64,000 bases of DNA from a virus (IMGVR_UViG_2885526491_000007:1-64000); one strand, 5' to 3'; positions 1 to 10,217 are shown, numbered from the stretch's first letter. The notes: generated by a model from the letters alone, not told the origin. A program made the numbers and translations.

Positions 1-1287
1 TTACAGTTGTATGAAATCTTCAAGTAAATAACCGAATTTCTCATATTCGCCTTTTTGCAGTTCCACTTCATAAATTACATCATTATCTTCAAATGTGGTC
101 TCAACCACATCACCAATTTTGTAAAGTACAGATGTAAGATCCCCACGCTCAGCCGGAATACGGAAGCGTTTCGTGTCACCAGTCAATTCAGCCTGGATAA
201 GCTCCCGAATTTTCTGCAAGTCATCGGCATCCAGAGCGCTCACTTTGATATGCTCTTTATCCAAAGGAAGCATTTCAAGTTGCTCCGGTGTACAAGCATC
301 CTTTTTGTTATACAATACCAATTGAGGCTTGTCCCCTGAACCCAGTTGCTGCAAAATGGTGTGTACCGTTTTCATCTGATCTTCACGCATTGCAGACGAT
401 GCATCGACCACATGTAATATAAGGTCCGCTTCATTCACTTCCTCCAGCGTTGCACGGAAAGCCGCAATCAGATCATGAGGAAGGTTCTGTATAAACCCAA
501 CCGTATCAGTGAGTACGATTTCTTTACCACTTGGCAGTTCCATCGTCCGAGAGGTTGGATCCAGTGTGGCAAACAGCTGGTCTTGAATATACACATCTGC
601 CGCCGTTAATTGTTTAAGCAAGGTGGATTTACCCGCATTCGTATAACCTACAAGGGCTACCTGAACGATCCCTGTCTTTTTGCGACGCTCCCGGTGCAGC
701 TTGCGATGACGTGTCACTTCTTCCAAATGACGCTTCAAGTCATCTATGCGGCCACGAATATGTCTACGATCCGTCTCTAGTTTACTTTCACCTGGACCCC
801 GCGTTCCAATTCCGCCACCAAGTCTGGACAAATTCTTCCCGTGACCCGACAAACGTGGTAACAAATAGCTCAACTGAGCCAATTCAACCTGAATAATACC
901 TTCTCTCGTGTTGGCGCGCTGCGCAAAGATATCCAGAATCAGCTGGGTGCGATCAATAATTTTGAGATCCAACGCTTCTTCCAGGTTACGCACCTGAGCA
1001 CCGGACAGCTCCTGGTCAAAAATAGCTGTTGTTGCTCCCATTTCCTCAGCCACTGCACGAAGTTCTTCCACTTTCCCCTTACCAATGAACCATTTGGTGT
1101 CCCGGGTTTTCAGGTTCTGTGACAATACACTCAGCACTTCTACGCCTGCCGTCTCCGCGAGTTTTACCAACTCCTCAAGGGAGTACTCCGGGTTAATACC
1201 TGAACGTTTGACCTCATCGGTAACCAGACTCACCAATACGGCGCGATCCTTCTTTACCATATCTGTATCATGTGTGCCATTTGTCAT
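1..1287 (-). CDS. hflX: GTPase HflX (host)
   Basis: GYTNAGKS, DQLFATLDPT, DTVGF, NKKD motifs; HflX N-terminal domain. Confidence 0.97.
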   Translation of the reverse strand: MTNGTHDTDMVKKDRAVLVSLVTDEVKRSGINPEYSLEELVKLAETAGVEVLSVLSQNLKTRDTKWFIGKGKVEELRAVAEEMGATTAIFDQELSGAQVRNLEEALDLKIIDRTQLILDIFAQRANTREGIIQVELAQLSYLLPRLSGHGKNLSRLGGGIGTRGPGESKLETDRRHIRGRIDDLKRHLEEVTRHRKLHRERRKKTGIVQVALVGYTNAGKSTLLKQLTAADVYIQDQLFATLDPTSRTMELPSGKEIVLTDTVGFIQNLPHDLIAAFRATLEEVNEADLILHVVDASSAMREDQMKTVHTILQQLGSGDKPQLVLYNKKDACTPEQLEMLPLDKEHIKVSALDADDLQKIRELIQAELTGDTKRFRIPAERGDLTSVLYKIGDVVETTFEDNDVIYEVELQKGEYEKFGYLLEDFIQL

Positions 1288-1406
1288 CGTGTATATTCAC
1301 TCCTTCTATTACGTTTCCGCATATATTCTGTGCCACCATGGTTCCATGGCATGCTTTAAGCCGAACCGGTTAACCCGGCCGGCTGCTTTAAAAACTATAT
1401 TATCGC

Positions 1407-1815
1407 TTACTTTTGATCAAACTTCAAATCCTCTGTGCGGATAGTCATCAGCTCCAGTTTTCCCGGATTCCCCTGGGTATACTGTTCCAATAGTCGAACT
1501 GCCTGATGGCGAATCGATCGTTCAATGGCATTTCGGACATATCGGGCGTTGCTAAACGCATGAAGAGACTCATTTTTTTCCTGAAGCAGATGCTGCTTTA
1601 GTTTGAGTATGGTCTGTGGCATGAGAATATAGTCACGTTCCTTGGCCATAATTTCGGAGATTTGAATCAATTGATCAATGCTATAGTCTGGAAATTCAAC
1701 CTGGATCGGAAAACGGGAAGGTAATCCGGGATTCGTCTGTAGAAAAAAATCAATTTCTTCCGAGTAACCCGCCAAAATGAGGATAAATTGATTCTTATTA
1801 TCCTCCATTGACTTG
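1407..1815 (-). pseudogene. spoVK: 3' part of host spoVK (AAA+ ATPase), cut off by prophage insertion
   Basis: KSMEDNKNQFILILAGY...NPGLPSRF...FSNARYVRN is the SpoVK C-terminal half; no Walker A/B upstream; spoVK-hflX synteny. Confidence 0.9.
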
Positions 1816-1841
1816 GCGATTGATAGAATCCAAATAAGAAT
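1791..1841. other. Prophage attachment junction (hybrid att site), crossover about 1815-1817
   Basis: Inverted repeat ATTCTTATT (1791-1799) / AATAAGAAT (1833-1841) centred at 1816, where SpoVK similarity and host composition stop. Confidence 0.75.
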
Positions 1842-3462
1842 TAGTAGAGTCACTTTCATACTGTTTATCATCTGAGACGAACTTATAGACAATTTCTAGT
1901 TTTTTATTGTCATGTAGTACCACTTTATCAACGAAGACACGCAATATTTTTCTCTTATCTTCCATTTTTAAATTGTTTTTTATTATCTTTTGATATTTAC
2001 TCAGTATTGAAACGGCTACATTGATATTCTCGTCACTCTCTTGAGCAATATGAATGTTGTAAGATATTGCAGCAAGTTCCTTGTTAAGAGCTTCAATCTC
2101 ATCTTCAACTGGCTTAATTTTGTTTGCTAACTCATCTTTAGATTTGATAAATCCATCAGCATAAAGGTCAATATATCTAGCTTTTGAGGCATCTTTCTCT
2201 CTTATTAACTTATTTAAATTATCTCGATTCTTTTGCAATTCAGTAATTTTTGATGCATCAGAAGCCCTTTCTAAAATTTTATCGATCAACTCTTTGGGGT
2301 TATTGATGATCTTAAGTACTTCACTCCATATTATAGTATCAATCATATCCACACGCCAGTTGTCTCCTCTACATGTTGAGTTAGACTGACCAGTTTCAAT
2401 ACTATAGGATTTCTTAGCCTTTCTTGTACATGTGTAATACTTAAGAGTGCCGCTTTGAGTTTTAGTTGTTATTCCTGATGATACTGCCGCTCCACATCTT
2501 CCACATTTAGCGATACTTCTTAATAAGTAGTCTTCTGATGGCTTGCCGCTGTTCTTATTATTGTCATCAAGACATTTCTGTAGTTTCTTATATCGAACCT
2601 CATCTATGTACTGTGGAATGATGATCTCCTGCCACTCATCCCTAGGTTTTGGAATTTGTTTCTTCTTTCCAGATACCTGCACTACTTCCGTCTTTCCATA
2701 ATAATAAATTCCTTTGTATGTTTCGTTTCTTAATATACGGCTGATTGTTGCTTGATACCAAATATCCCCCTTTGGAGCTAAGTATTTTTTTATGGCTAGA
2801 TACTCTGCAACCTCTGAGCAAGTTGAACCTTCCAAGATCATTTTTACCATGATCGAGTATCCTTCTTTTTCAGTTTTGTTCTCAATTAATGTATTCAGGT
2901 CTTTATCGTAATCGTAACCATAGATTTTGTTCATTCCGGGAATCTTGTTATCAGCAACCATAGCTCTTCTTCCACGCTTAGTGTTAGCAAGAATCTTAGC
3001 TTTGTTGTATTGAGCAATAGAACCTTGAATATTGTAATTCAACATTGACTCTGCATTGCCTTTTTGTAAGTCAAACTCAACGAAATGAAGATCGCATCCA
3101 AGTTCCCATATCTTATGTGTGATTTGTTGTTGTAAATGAAGATGTCTACTTAGTCTGTCTGGATGCAAGAAAATTACTTTGCTCCCTAAGCCCTTTTCTA
3201 ATAGAAACAATATGTAGTTGAGCATAGGTCTATTAGGATTGTCTCCTGATTCTGCTTCTTCTCTGAGTACAATAATTTCATCTTTACTAATATCAAACTT
3301 TGTTTTTGCTTCATTAACACATATCTCAATCTGCGATTCTAAAGAATAGTTGTCTATCTGTATTTCTGATGATACACGGGTATAAACAATAGCCTTGATC
3401 TTTCCGATCAAGGCCTCAATTTCACTACGATTTAGCTTTTCCATATCCTTTAAAACAATCAT
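1798..3462 (-). CDS. Large serine recombinase (integrase)
   Basis: YTRVSS catalytic motif, DRLSR, recombinase domain, CGRCG...YYTC zinc ribbon, coiled coil. Confidence 0.95.
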   Translation of the reverse strand: MIVLKDMEKLNRSEIEALIGKIKAIVYTRVSSEIQIDNYSLESQIEICVNEAKTKFDISKDEIIVLREEAESGDNPNRPMLNYILFLLEKGLGSKVIFLHPDRLSRHLHLQQQITHKIWELGCDLHFVEFDLQKGNAESMLNYNIQGSIAQYNKAKILANTKRGRRAMVADNKIPGMNKIYGYDYDKDLNTLIENKTEKEGYSIMVKMILEGSTCSEVAEYLAIKKYLAPKGDIWYQATISRILRNETYKGIYYYGKTEVVQVSGKKKQIPKPRDEWQEIIIPQYIDEVRYKKLQKCLDDNNKNSGKPSEDYLLRSIAKCGRCGAAVSSGITTKTQSGTLKYYTCTRKAKKSYSIETGQSNSTCRGDNWRVDMIDTIIWSEVLKIINNPKELIDKILERASDASKITELQKNRDNLNKLIREKDASKARYIDLYADGFIKSKDELANKIKPVEDEIEALNKELAAISYNIHIAQESDENINVAVSILSKYQKIIKNNLKMEDKRKILRVFVDKVVLHDNKKLEIVYKFVSDDKQYESDSTNSYLDSINRQVNGG

Positions 3463-3517
3463 ATAACATCACCTTGTTTTATTATTTTTATTCTTATAAT
3501 TATAACACTAATTTATT

Positions 3518-3679
3518 TTAATGACCATCTTCATCTGAGTATTTATTGAGAATATCTTCAATCCAACTCATAAGCCTACCTTCAATCTCTTCTTTAGATT
3601 GGGCATAATCGTTCTTATCTATATAACTGTCTACAACAGTGTATTCAGCCATTCTCTTTTCTCTGAGTTTAATGTTCAA
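3518..3679 (-). CDS. Small 53-aa protein, possible recombination directionality factor
   Basis: Not in ORF track; AGGAG RBS then TTG; MNIKLREKRMAEYTVVDSY...DEDGH; directly upstream of integrase. Confidence 0.5.
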   Translation of the reverse strand: MNIKLREKRMAEYTVVDSYIDKNDYAQSKEEIEGRLMSWIEDILNKYSDEDGH

Positions 3680-4265
3680 TTGTGACTCCTTTCAACTTGG
3701 TTCCATATGTATTAATCGCATCCTCTATAAAATCTTTTAAGTGGTAATGCCATCTCGTTCTAGGTTTAAATCCTTTAATCTCGATTCCTATCTCTTCGCA
3801 TATTGCAATTGAAATACTACTTTTATTTACTTTGCTTCTATATGTATGTTCCTTGATTTGATTCTGAGCTATGTTTTGATACTTCAAAAATTCTTCTATA
3901 TGTATAAAGTACACTTTGTTATCAGGCTCTCTGAAATTCATAATAAACCCTGATATGACACCTTCATATGCATTTGCTTCATTTAGTTTATCAATCTGAT
4001 GTTGTTTGATTACACTTTCTTGAAAGCTAATTGATTTATCTTTTGTAGACTTCAGTTCTAGTGTGAATAAGTGACTTTTCGCAAACATCATACAGTCATA
4101 GTCATTCTTTGTTACTCTAACTCGTGAACGAAGATCTACAGGTATAAGAGTGTCTTTCAAACGAACAAAGAACACCTTCTCCGCCCCTTGTGCTGCTGAC
4201 TTTTGAAAGTCCTCTTCAAACAACTTACCTTGATTTGTAGCCAATAAATCATTCCTCTCCTGCAA
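3669..4265 (-). CDS. recU: Holliday junction resolvase RecU family
   Basis: NQGKLFE, DYD, ELKST, HQIDKL motifs. Confidence 0.85.
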   Translation of the reverse strand: MQERNDLLATNQGKLFEEDFQKSAAQGAEKVFFVRLKDTLIPVDLRSRVRVTKNDYDCMMFAKSHLFTLELKSTKDKSISFQESVIKQHQIDKLNEANAYEGVISGFIMNFREPDNKVYFIHIEEFLKYQNIAQNQIKEHTYRSKVNKSSISIAICEEIGIEIKGFKPRTRWHYHLKDFIEDAINTYGTKLKGVTIEH

Positions 4266-4473
4266 TTAATCGTTTAGCGTCTACTGCCTTAAACAAACAA
4301 TCATATGTATCATGCACACAAACCCCATACACATCTAAAATTTCTTCCCCAATATTGATAGTTTCCCCACCAAAACAAGTCGAATATTGAATTATCTTTT
4401 CTTGTGGATCAGGGAAGTGGATATAGTAATAATCACTATCGAATCTATCCATTTGTTTTCTCAATTTTCTCAT
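4249..4473 (-). CDS. Hypothetical phage protein
   Basis: ORF in operon. Confidence 0.55.
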   Translation of the reverse strand: MRKLRKQMDRFDSDYYYIHFPDPQEKIIQYSTCFGGETINIGEEILDVYGVCVHDTYDCLFKAVDAKRLIAGEE

Positions 4474-4579
4474 TCAACAACTGATTAAGAACCGTTCCTA
4501 CAACCTCTGTGTATTCATCCTCAGTCAACTTACGTCCAATAATCCGTTCAATCTTTGATTTGCTAAGCTTGTTTTCCAT

Positions 4580-7500
4580 TTAAGTATTCTCCTTATTCTT
4601 ATACTTATTGTAGCCAGTGATCCAAGTTTCTGACTGATTTGTTTCAATGAAATTTCCATTCCCATCAGGCACAGATTTCATTTTTTTCTTAAACTCAGTA
4701 ATCTCAATTAAATCACCGATATCTATTCTTAAATCTCTATCCTTAACATTGAATGTCTTTTTGCTCATTTTGAAGATACGGGTTTCTCCTTTTTGAACAC
4801 CGTACAATGTCAATTTTGGAGAATACTTTGTATCAATATCCGTTACTACACACCATCCAGAACTTGTATCAGGATATTTGACATCTGCATAACCCATGTG
4901 CTCAATCTGAAACATAACTGTTTCATTTGGAAGAATTGCTGGTACTTCTTGATTCTTTAATTCAATTTCAATTTTCTTTAATTCTATGAGTCGTTGTTCT
5001 ATTGTTTTTTCTACATATGTTTTTTTATATTTATACTTACCATCTGAGAATTCCTTGAACAAGACAGAAAGATACCCATTGTTACCAAACATACCGAAAT
5101 AATTAAGCATAATGAGTATTTTTAATTGTCTAGCATTAACTGAAGTTTTTAGATTTATATCAACTAATAAGTCTACAAAGCTTTCATATGTATTTTTGCC
5201 AATCTCAAATAGTTCTTCGGCTACTTTTACATTCATGAACTTAATTCCTGATAGATCGGCATAGATTGAATTTCTCTTCTCATCTGCCACAAAACTTCTA
5301 TTATCAGTCCCAAACTTTATGCCACCATCTTTAATTCCGAATCCTTTCTGCATTTCTTCTTTAAGAAGACCAACCTTATCTTTGTTTTTTTTCTCTGAAA
5401 AATGCCTCAATAATGATTCATAGAAATAGATCGGATGGTGACTTTTTAGATATGCACAATATACGGAATCAAGTGCATAACTGTACGCATGTGACGCATT
5501 AAAACCGTATCCACTTGAATCCTCTATAATCTTCCACACTTTATCACTCATATCAAATGCTTCTTGTTGAGATACTGATTCTCTCTCAAGTATCTTGTCA
5601 CTGAATCCTTTTAGGAATCGTTCTTTTAAAGGCTTTACTACCGCTGGCTTCTTCTTACTAATTGCCTTGATAATTCCGTATGTTTCATCTGAGGGGAATC
5701 CCGCATAAGCAAGTGTAGCCATGGTCTGTTCTTGATATAGTACAAATGAGTTCTTCATTTCTTCCGTTTGAATGAGATCATCGAAACTGCTAATTCCATA
5801 AGCGAAAGGTTTTCGTGTTTCAAAGGTATGGTACATGGACTTAAATGATGGTCTGATAGCTGCTATAAAAGCTGTCAACTCAGATATGTTTTTAGGCTGA
5901 TATTTCATTGCTTTTTGAGTGGTTGAATATTTCTCAACCTGATTTACACCTACTGTTAGACCTTTAGCATAGATATCCCAGACCTTATCGTTATCTTTAA
6001 TGACGTTAAGAAGTTCTGTCTCTGAGTGTACGGGTAGTCCTATGCGTTTATATGTATCATGTGTAGTTTTAACCACATCAACCTTAAGCAAATCATTCTT
6101 AAGGAATTTTTTTCGTTCAGCAATATCGCCGTCAATTAAAGCTGCTATGACTTCTTTCTTTGTTGACTCACTTTTGATTCTGATTAAACCAATTTCTTCC
6201 TTGATATTTCCTTGGTATATTAGGTGTCCACATGGATGAGGTTTTTTGTCCGAAATGATTCCGGTGTATTTTTCACTTTCTTTGATTAGATGATGATACT
6301 TTTTATCAACATAATCATAAACATCGATCAAATCTTGCTCATCATCTTCTGCATATTTCAAATCATTTTCGTATTCCTCAAGCTGTTTTGAAACTTCGTT
6401 TGCAATCTCAAAATCAAGATTCTGAGATTTAGCATACATTTTAAATCCAGACTTTCTTTTGAAAGTACCGTATGCAATCATTGGGTATGAGTGACCTTCA
6501 CCTAGTACTTTGGTTTGAGCAGCAATAAATACTTCTGGGTTTCCTAAGTTCAAATCAAGATCGGGTAGGGATTTCGTTTCTAGGATACGGCTTTCGCTCA
6601 TAAATCTTTCAGGGTAGAGATGTACAGGAGCAGATATTCTATCTACTTTTGAGAATCCTAGCAATGTATTTGTATAGAACGAAACCCCAGACCCACGGCC
6701 TGTAGAGGTAATGATTCCGCCCATATCAACAGCTTCTTCTACTATCTTATGATCAATCAAGAAATAATCAGACATTTTTGTGTTTATTACTACCGAACCT
6801 TCTTTTCTAATCTCATCTATGTATTTAGCATGTTTCTCTTTTGGGATACTTTCTTTCGCTTCTCTCCATTTTTCATTCAATAGCTGCTTATATTTATGAT
6901 CTCGTTGTTCTTGTGTTAACTCTGGATATAATGTGGGGAGTTTAATTTCATTGCTAAACACCTTAATTAAATCAGAGTCATAATCATCAAAATCCATGAA
7001 AGTTAAGGTGTTCTTAATTGCTTTATCAATCTGTTCTTCATTTAGAATTCCTTGTTCTATAAACCGTCTTTTGAGTGTTTCTCCATCAGGGTAATCCATG
7101 AACCATCCATCTTCATTTTCATAAACAATACCTTTTGCTTCTAAAACCGCATCACGGTCTTTTGCCTGTTCGGGATAAATGAAGTGACTATCACATCCTG
7201 CAATCAACTCGATATTATGTTTCGCAGATAAATCTAGAATTTTTCTATGAAGCGTTTTCTGTGTGTCTGTGTGATGTGCTTGCACTTCAAGCATAAAGTT
7301 TTTACCGAAATAAGAATTTAAATCGAGAGCAATCTTTTCAATATCTTCATATTGCCAGAAAGCTATACAAGCACTGGTGACAAATACTTCATTAGGATCG
7401 AGCGTAGAAATCAAATCTAAATCAATTCGAGGCTTATAATAGTATCCCGTCTCGTTGGCTTCAGATAAGATACGATTAATGTCACGCCTTCCCTTCTCTG

Positions 7501-7777
7501 ATTTGGCAAATAAACACATATGTCCATTGGTATTATCCTTCTCAAATCGATCCTTAACCCAGTATGCTTCAGTTCCAAAGATGAACTTCAAGCCTTCTTT
7601 TTTAGCGACATCATAGGTATCAAAGTACCTTCCTTGAAATCCATGTTCCATACTGGAGAGAATTTTATGGTCAAGTTCCTTTGATCTTCTTACATAATCA
7701 TCTATCTTGACTGAACAGTCAGGAGTAAAAATATTTGAGTAGTCCCTGTGATTGTGATAGTTGCAAAATACACAAAT
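4580..7777 (-). CDS. dnaE: DNA polymerase III alpha subunit (phage DnaE-type)
   Basis: PHP motif NYHNHRDYSN upstream of the listed ATG, GRGSG, PDLDL, GYGFNASHA; start extended to ATT at 7777. Confidence 0.93.
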   Translation of the reverse strand: MCVFCNYHNHRDYSNIFTPDCSVKIDDYVRRSKELDHKILSSMEHGFQGRYFDTYDVAKKEGLKFIFGTEAYWVKDRFEKDNTNGHMCLFAKSEKGRRDINRILSEANETGYYYKPRIDLDLISTLDPNEVFVTSACIAFWQYEDIEKIALDLNSYFGKNFMLEVQAHHTDTQKTLHRKILDLSAKHNIELIAGCDSHFIYPEQAKDRDAVLEAKGIVYENEDGWFMDYPDGETLKRRFIEQGILNEEQIDKAIKNTLTFMDFDDYDSDLIKVFSNEIKLPTLYPELTQEQRDHKYKQLLNEKWREAKESIPKEKHAKYIDEIRKEGSVVINTKMSDYFLIDHKIVEEAVDMGGIITSTGRGSGVSFYTNTLLGFSKVDRISAPVHLYPERFMSESRILETKSLPDLDLNLGNPEVFIAAQTKVLGEGHSYPMIAYGTFKRKSGFKMYAKSQNLDFEIANEVSKQLEEYENDLKYAEDDEQDLIDVYDYVDKKYHHLIKESEKYTGIISDKKPHPCGHLIYQGNIKEEIGLIRIKSESTKKEVIAALIDGDIAERKKFLKNDLLKVDVVKTTHDTYKRIGLPVHSETELLNVIKDNDKVWDIYAKGLTVGVNQVEKYSTTQKAMKYQPKNISELTAFIAAIRPSFKSMYHTFETRKPFAYGISSFDDLIQTEEMKNSFVLYQEQTMATLAYAGFPSDETYGIIKAISKKKPAVVKPLKERFLKGFSDKILERESVSQQEAFDMSDKVWKIIEDSSGYGFNASHAYSYALDSVYCAYLKSHHPIYFYESLLRHFSEKKNKDKVGLLKEEMQKGFGIKDGGIKFGTDNRSFVADEKRNSIYADLSGIKFMNVKVAEELFEIGKNTYESFVDLLVDINLKTSVNARQLKILIMLNYFGMFGNNGYLSVLFKEFSDGKYKYKKTYVEKTIEQRLIELKKIEIELKNQEVPAILPNETVMFQIEHMGYADVKYPDTSSGWCVVTDIDTKYSPKLTLYGVQKGETRIFKMSKKTFNVKDRDLRIDIGDLIEITEFKKKMKSVPDGNGNFIETNQSETWITGYNKYKNKENT

Positions 7778-7876
7778 GGTTATCGACCTCCTTATTCTTG
7801 ATCAAATATTGATTTTATAGTGATTTCAGATGTGTGTTTACATAATCATCACCTCCTTTAAGTCTCATTAGAGACT

Positions 7877-8857
7877 CTACACAGTATAAATTCCTTCTAC
7901 TTTTTTGGATTCGGTTAAATTGGATGTAATATCTCGCATTGTAATTTCCATTAAATTTTGGCGAGTCATCTTTTCTCGTCTCTTCATCAATCTCACAGCC
8001 TGATGACGAATTGCTTTCTCGATTACATTGCGAACATATCTAGCGTTACTGAAATGAATCCTTAAGTCCTTTTCCTCTTGAATAATGTACTTAAGTTTAT
8101 CTGCTGCATCATTTGTAAAAGTATAATCTTTTTCTGATGCCATTTTTAAAGCAATCAACATTAATTCATCTGTAGAGTAGTCATCAAAGTTGATCTGAAT
8201 AGGAAACCTAGAGGGTAATCCCGTATTGATCTGAAGAAAGTCGTCCATCTCTATGGGATATCCAGCTAATATGATGATCAGGTCATCACTTTTGTCCTCC
8301 ATAACTTTCACAAGCGTGTCTATAGCCTCTTTACCAAAATCTTTTTCTCCACCACGGGCAAGACTATACGCCTCATCGATGAAAAGTATCCCGCCCATAG
8401 CCTTTTTAACAAGGTCGCGAGTCTTCAAGGCTGTATGACCAATGTACTCCCCAACTAAATCGGCACGTTCAACCTCAATCAAGTGGCCTTTACTGAGTAC
8501 ACCCATTTTGTTAAGCATTTTAGAGATAATTCTTGCCACTGTAGTTTTTCCAGTTCCGGGATTACCCTTAAATATCATGTGATATACTTGCTTACTATTC
8601 TTTAACCCCTCTTCACTACGATACTTATTTATTTGGATCAAAGAATAAATTTCGTAAATGAGATCCTTTACCTTATCCAGCCCAATCATTTCGCCCATCT
8701 CACTAAAAATGTCTGCTGCGGATTCATTATGATTACTTGTTAATGACTTCTCCTCACTTTGCTCTAATGGTGCTTTTAGTCCATCATCAGCATTGAATAC
8801 AATATTGATCCTTGAATCATTAACAGTAATTCTTCTGACGCTCTCGTCCACAGTCAT
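7877..8857 (-). CDS. spoVK: Phage-borne intact SpoVK-like AAA+ ATPase
   Basis: GNPGTGKT, LVGEYIGHTA, FIDEAYSL, GGEKDFGKEAIDTLVK, FSNARYVRN; aligns with the host fragment. Confidence 0.9.
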   Translation of the reverse strand: MTVDESVRRITVNDSRINIVFNADDGLKAPLEQSEEKSLTSNHNESAADIFSEMGEMIGLDKVKDLIYEIYSLIQINKYRSEEGLKNSKQVYHMIFKGNPGTGKTTVARIISKMLNKMGVLSKGHLIEVERADLVGEYIGHTALKTRDLVKKAMGGILFIDEAYSLARGGEKDFGKEAIDTLVKVMEDKSDDLIIILAGYPIEMDDFLQINTGLPSRFPIQINFDDYSTDELMLIALKMASEKDYTFTNDAADKLKYIIQEEKDLRIHFSNARYVRNVIEKAIRHQAVRLMKRREKMTRQNLMEITMRDITSNLTESKKVEGIYTV

Positions 8858-8871
8858 CACCTCGTTAAGAC

Positions 8872-8902
8872 AGTATATGCGACTGTGTAAGTGCAAAATG
8901 CA
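8872..8902 (-). promoter_or_regulatory. Putative sigmaE/sigmaK-type promoter for phage spoVK
   Basis: -10 CATATACT (8872-8879) with GCATTT about 16 nt upstream. Confidence 0.45.
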
Positions 8903-8934
8903 CATCTGATTTTATTGATTATAATCTATGTATA

Positions 8935-8950
8935 GTAGGCCGAAGCCTAC
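8935..8950 (-). terminator. Hairpin between parR-like gene and spoVK-like gene
   Basis: GTAGGC-TTCG-GCCTAC with UUCG loop; weak U-tract. Confidence 0.5.
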
Positions 8951-8951
8951 A

Positions 8952-9251
8952 TTAAGAAGTAAGAAATTCATTCAGTTTAGCATCTAAGTCGTCATTGTCT
9001 TCAGTATTATCTAAACTTACATCTTCCATGATTACTTGGTCTTGCTTGTCTAATTCAGTTATTGTAGTTTCACTAAATAACTGTACCCCTTTAATCATTG
9101 GCTCTCTCCCTGTATGACCAAATAAAAGTTGCCTTAGCGCTTCCCTAACTATATCAGCCTCATCATAATAGATTGGAAGTTTATCCATAGCCAATCGAAT
9201 ATCATCATCTTTAAGTGGTCTTAGGCGCGCAATAACATGTTGCTTCCCCAC
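8952..9251 (-). CDS. ParR-like ribbon-helix-helix adaptor
   Basis: VIARLRP...ADIVREALRQ, acidic tail; overlaps the actin-like gene. Confidence 0.65.
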   Translation of the reverse strand: MGKQHVIARLRPLKDDDIRLAMDKLPIYYDEADIVREALRQLLFGHTGREPMIKGVQLFSETTITELDKQDQVIMEDVSLDNTEDNDDLDAKLNEFLTS

Positions 9252-10201
9252 AATCGCACACCCACTTTCTCATTCCCGTTGACCTGATCGAGTTGACCAT
9301 AAAGAGATTTTTCTTCAAGTTTCAGATATTCATATATGTAACGTGCAGCTCCACCACCAATCATATACATATCAAAATTGATGTTTAAACCTTCAATTTC
9401 ATTCTGAATCTGTATTGCCAATGCTTTAAATGCTTTTGCAACTAAGTGACGAATATCTTTTCCTTCATATGTACCACTGATCACATATTTATCTAATTCA
9501 TAAATAGCAGGGGCAGTTCCAACTAATTCTTGTAGATACTTTCTTAGTAATTTATATGCTTTTTCTACACCCAAGAATAAGCTAGTTGATTCCTTCATTA
9601 TCTCTAGACCATCTAATCCGAGTAAATTCAATGTATAGAATCCTAGGTCCACAACAAGAATCTTTTTCTTTGCATCACCTTTGTTTTGGATTTTTCCTGA
9701 TTCATTTAACAGGTGATTCATCGCAATACCATAACCCTGAGGAACTATTTTATATTTATCGATGTTGAGTTTAACTTTATTGAAGCTACTACGACCTTTC
9801 TTTATCTCGAAAGGATTTGAGTCAGCCAACCTTACAATCATCTCTTCCATTTCAGACATCTGATTAAAGTAAAACAGTATTGGTAATCCAGTAATGAGAT
9901 TGAATTTTTTACTTCCGTTTAAATATCCCAATCCAGTTTTAAGAATAATCTCAGATGTCATTGCTTCGCTCTTTTGTTTATTAAGTGTGAAGTATTTTAT
10001 TTCACTCTGTCTTAGAGCTAGATCTCCCACAAACATTGTGTCCTCATAGAAAAAATCATTGGGTTTAATATTCGTATCAAACATTGGCTGTGCTTCTCCA
10101 GCAATGGATGGTTGGACAAATAGTTTCTTATTCTTTTTTCCTTTTGCCCAACTAAATCCAAGATCAAACACACTTATATCTTCGGTCAATATAGAAGACA
10201 T
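9221..10201 (-). CDS. ParM/StbA-family actin-like ATPase
   Basis: DLGFSWAK, PQG, DLGFYT, IGGGA actin-fold motifs. Confidence 0.88.
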   Translation of the reverse strand: MSSILTEDISVFDLGFSWAKGKKNKKLFVQPSIAGEAQPMFDTNIKPNDFFYEDTMFVGDLALRQSEIKYFTLNKQKSEAMTSEIILKTGLGYLNGSKKFNLITGLPILFYFNQMSEMEEMIVRLADSNPFEIKKGRSSFNKVKLNIDKYKIVPQGYGIAMNHLLNESGKIQNKGDAKKKILVVDLGFYTLNLLGLDGLEIMKESTSLFLGVEKAYKLLRKYLQELVGTAPAIYELDKYVISGTYEGKDIRHLVAKAFKALAIQIQNEIEGLNINFDMYMIGGGAARYIYEYLKLEEKSLYGQLDQVNGNEKVGVRLWGSNMLLRA

Positions 10202-10217
10202 GGTATAACCTCCTTAT

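Noticed and set aside
1816-1892. N-terminal part of ORF 1407..1892 as a real SpoVK start
   Set aside because: It is phage sequence overlapping the integrase in another frame, has no SpoVK similarity and I saw no RBS
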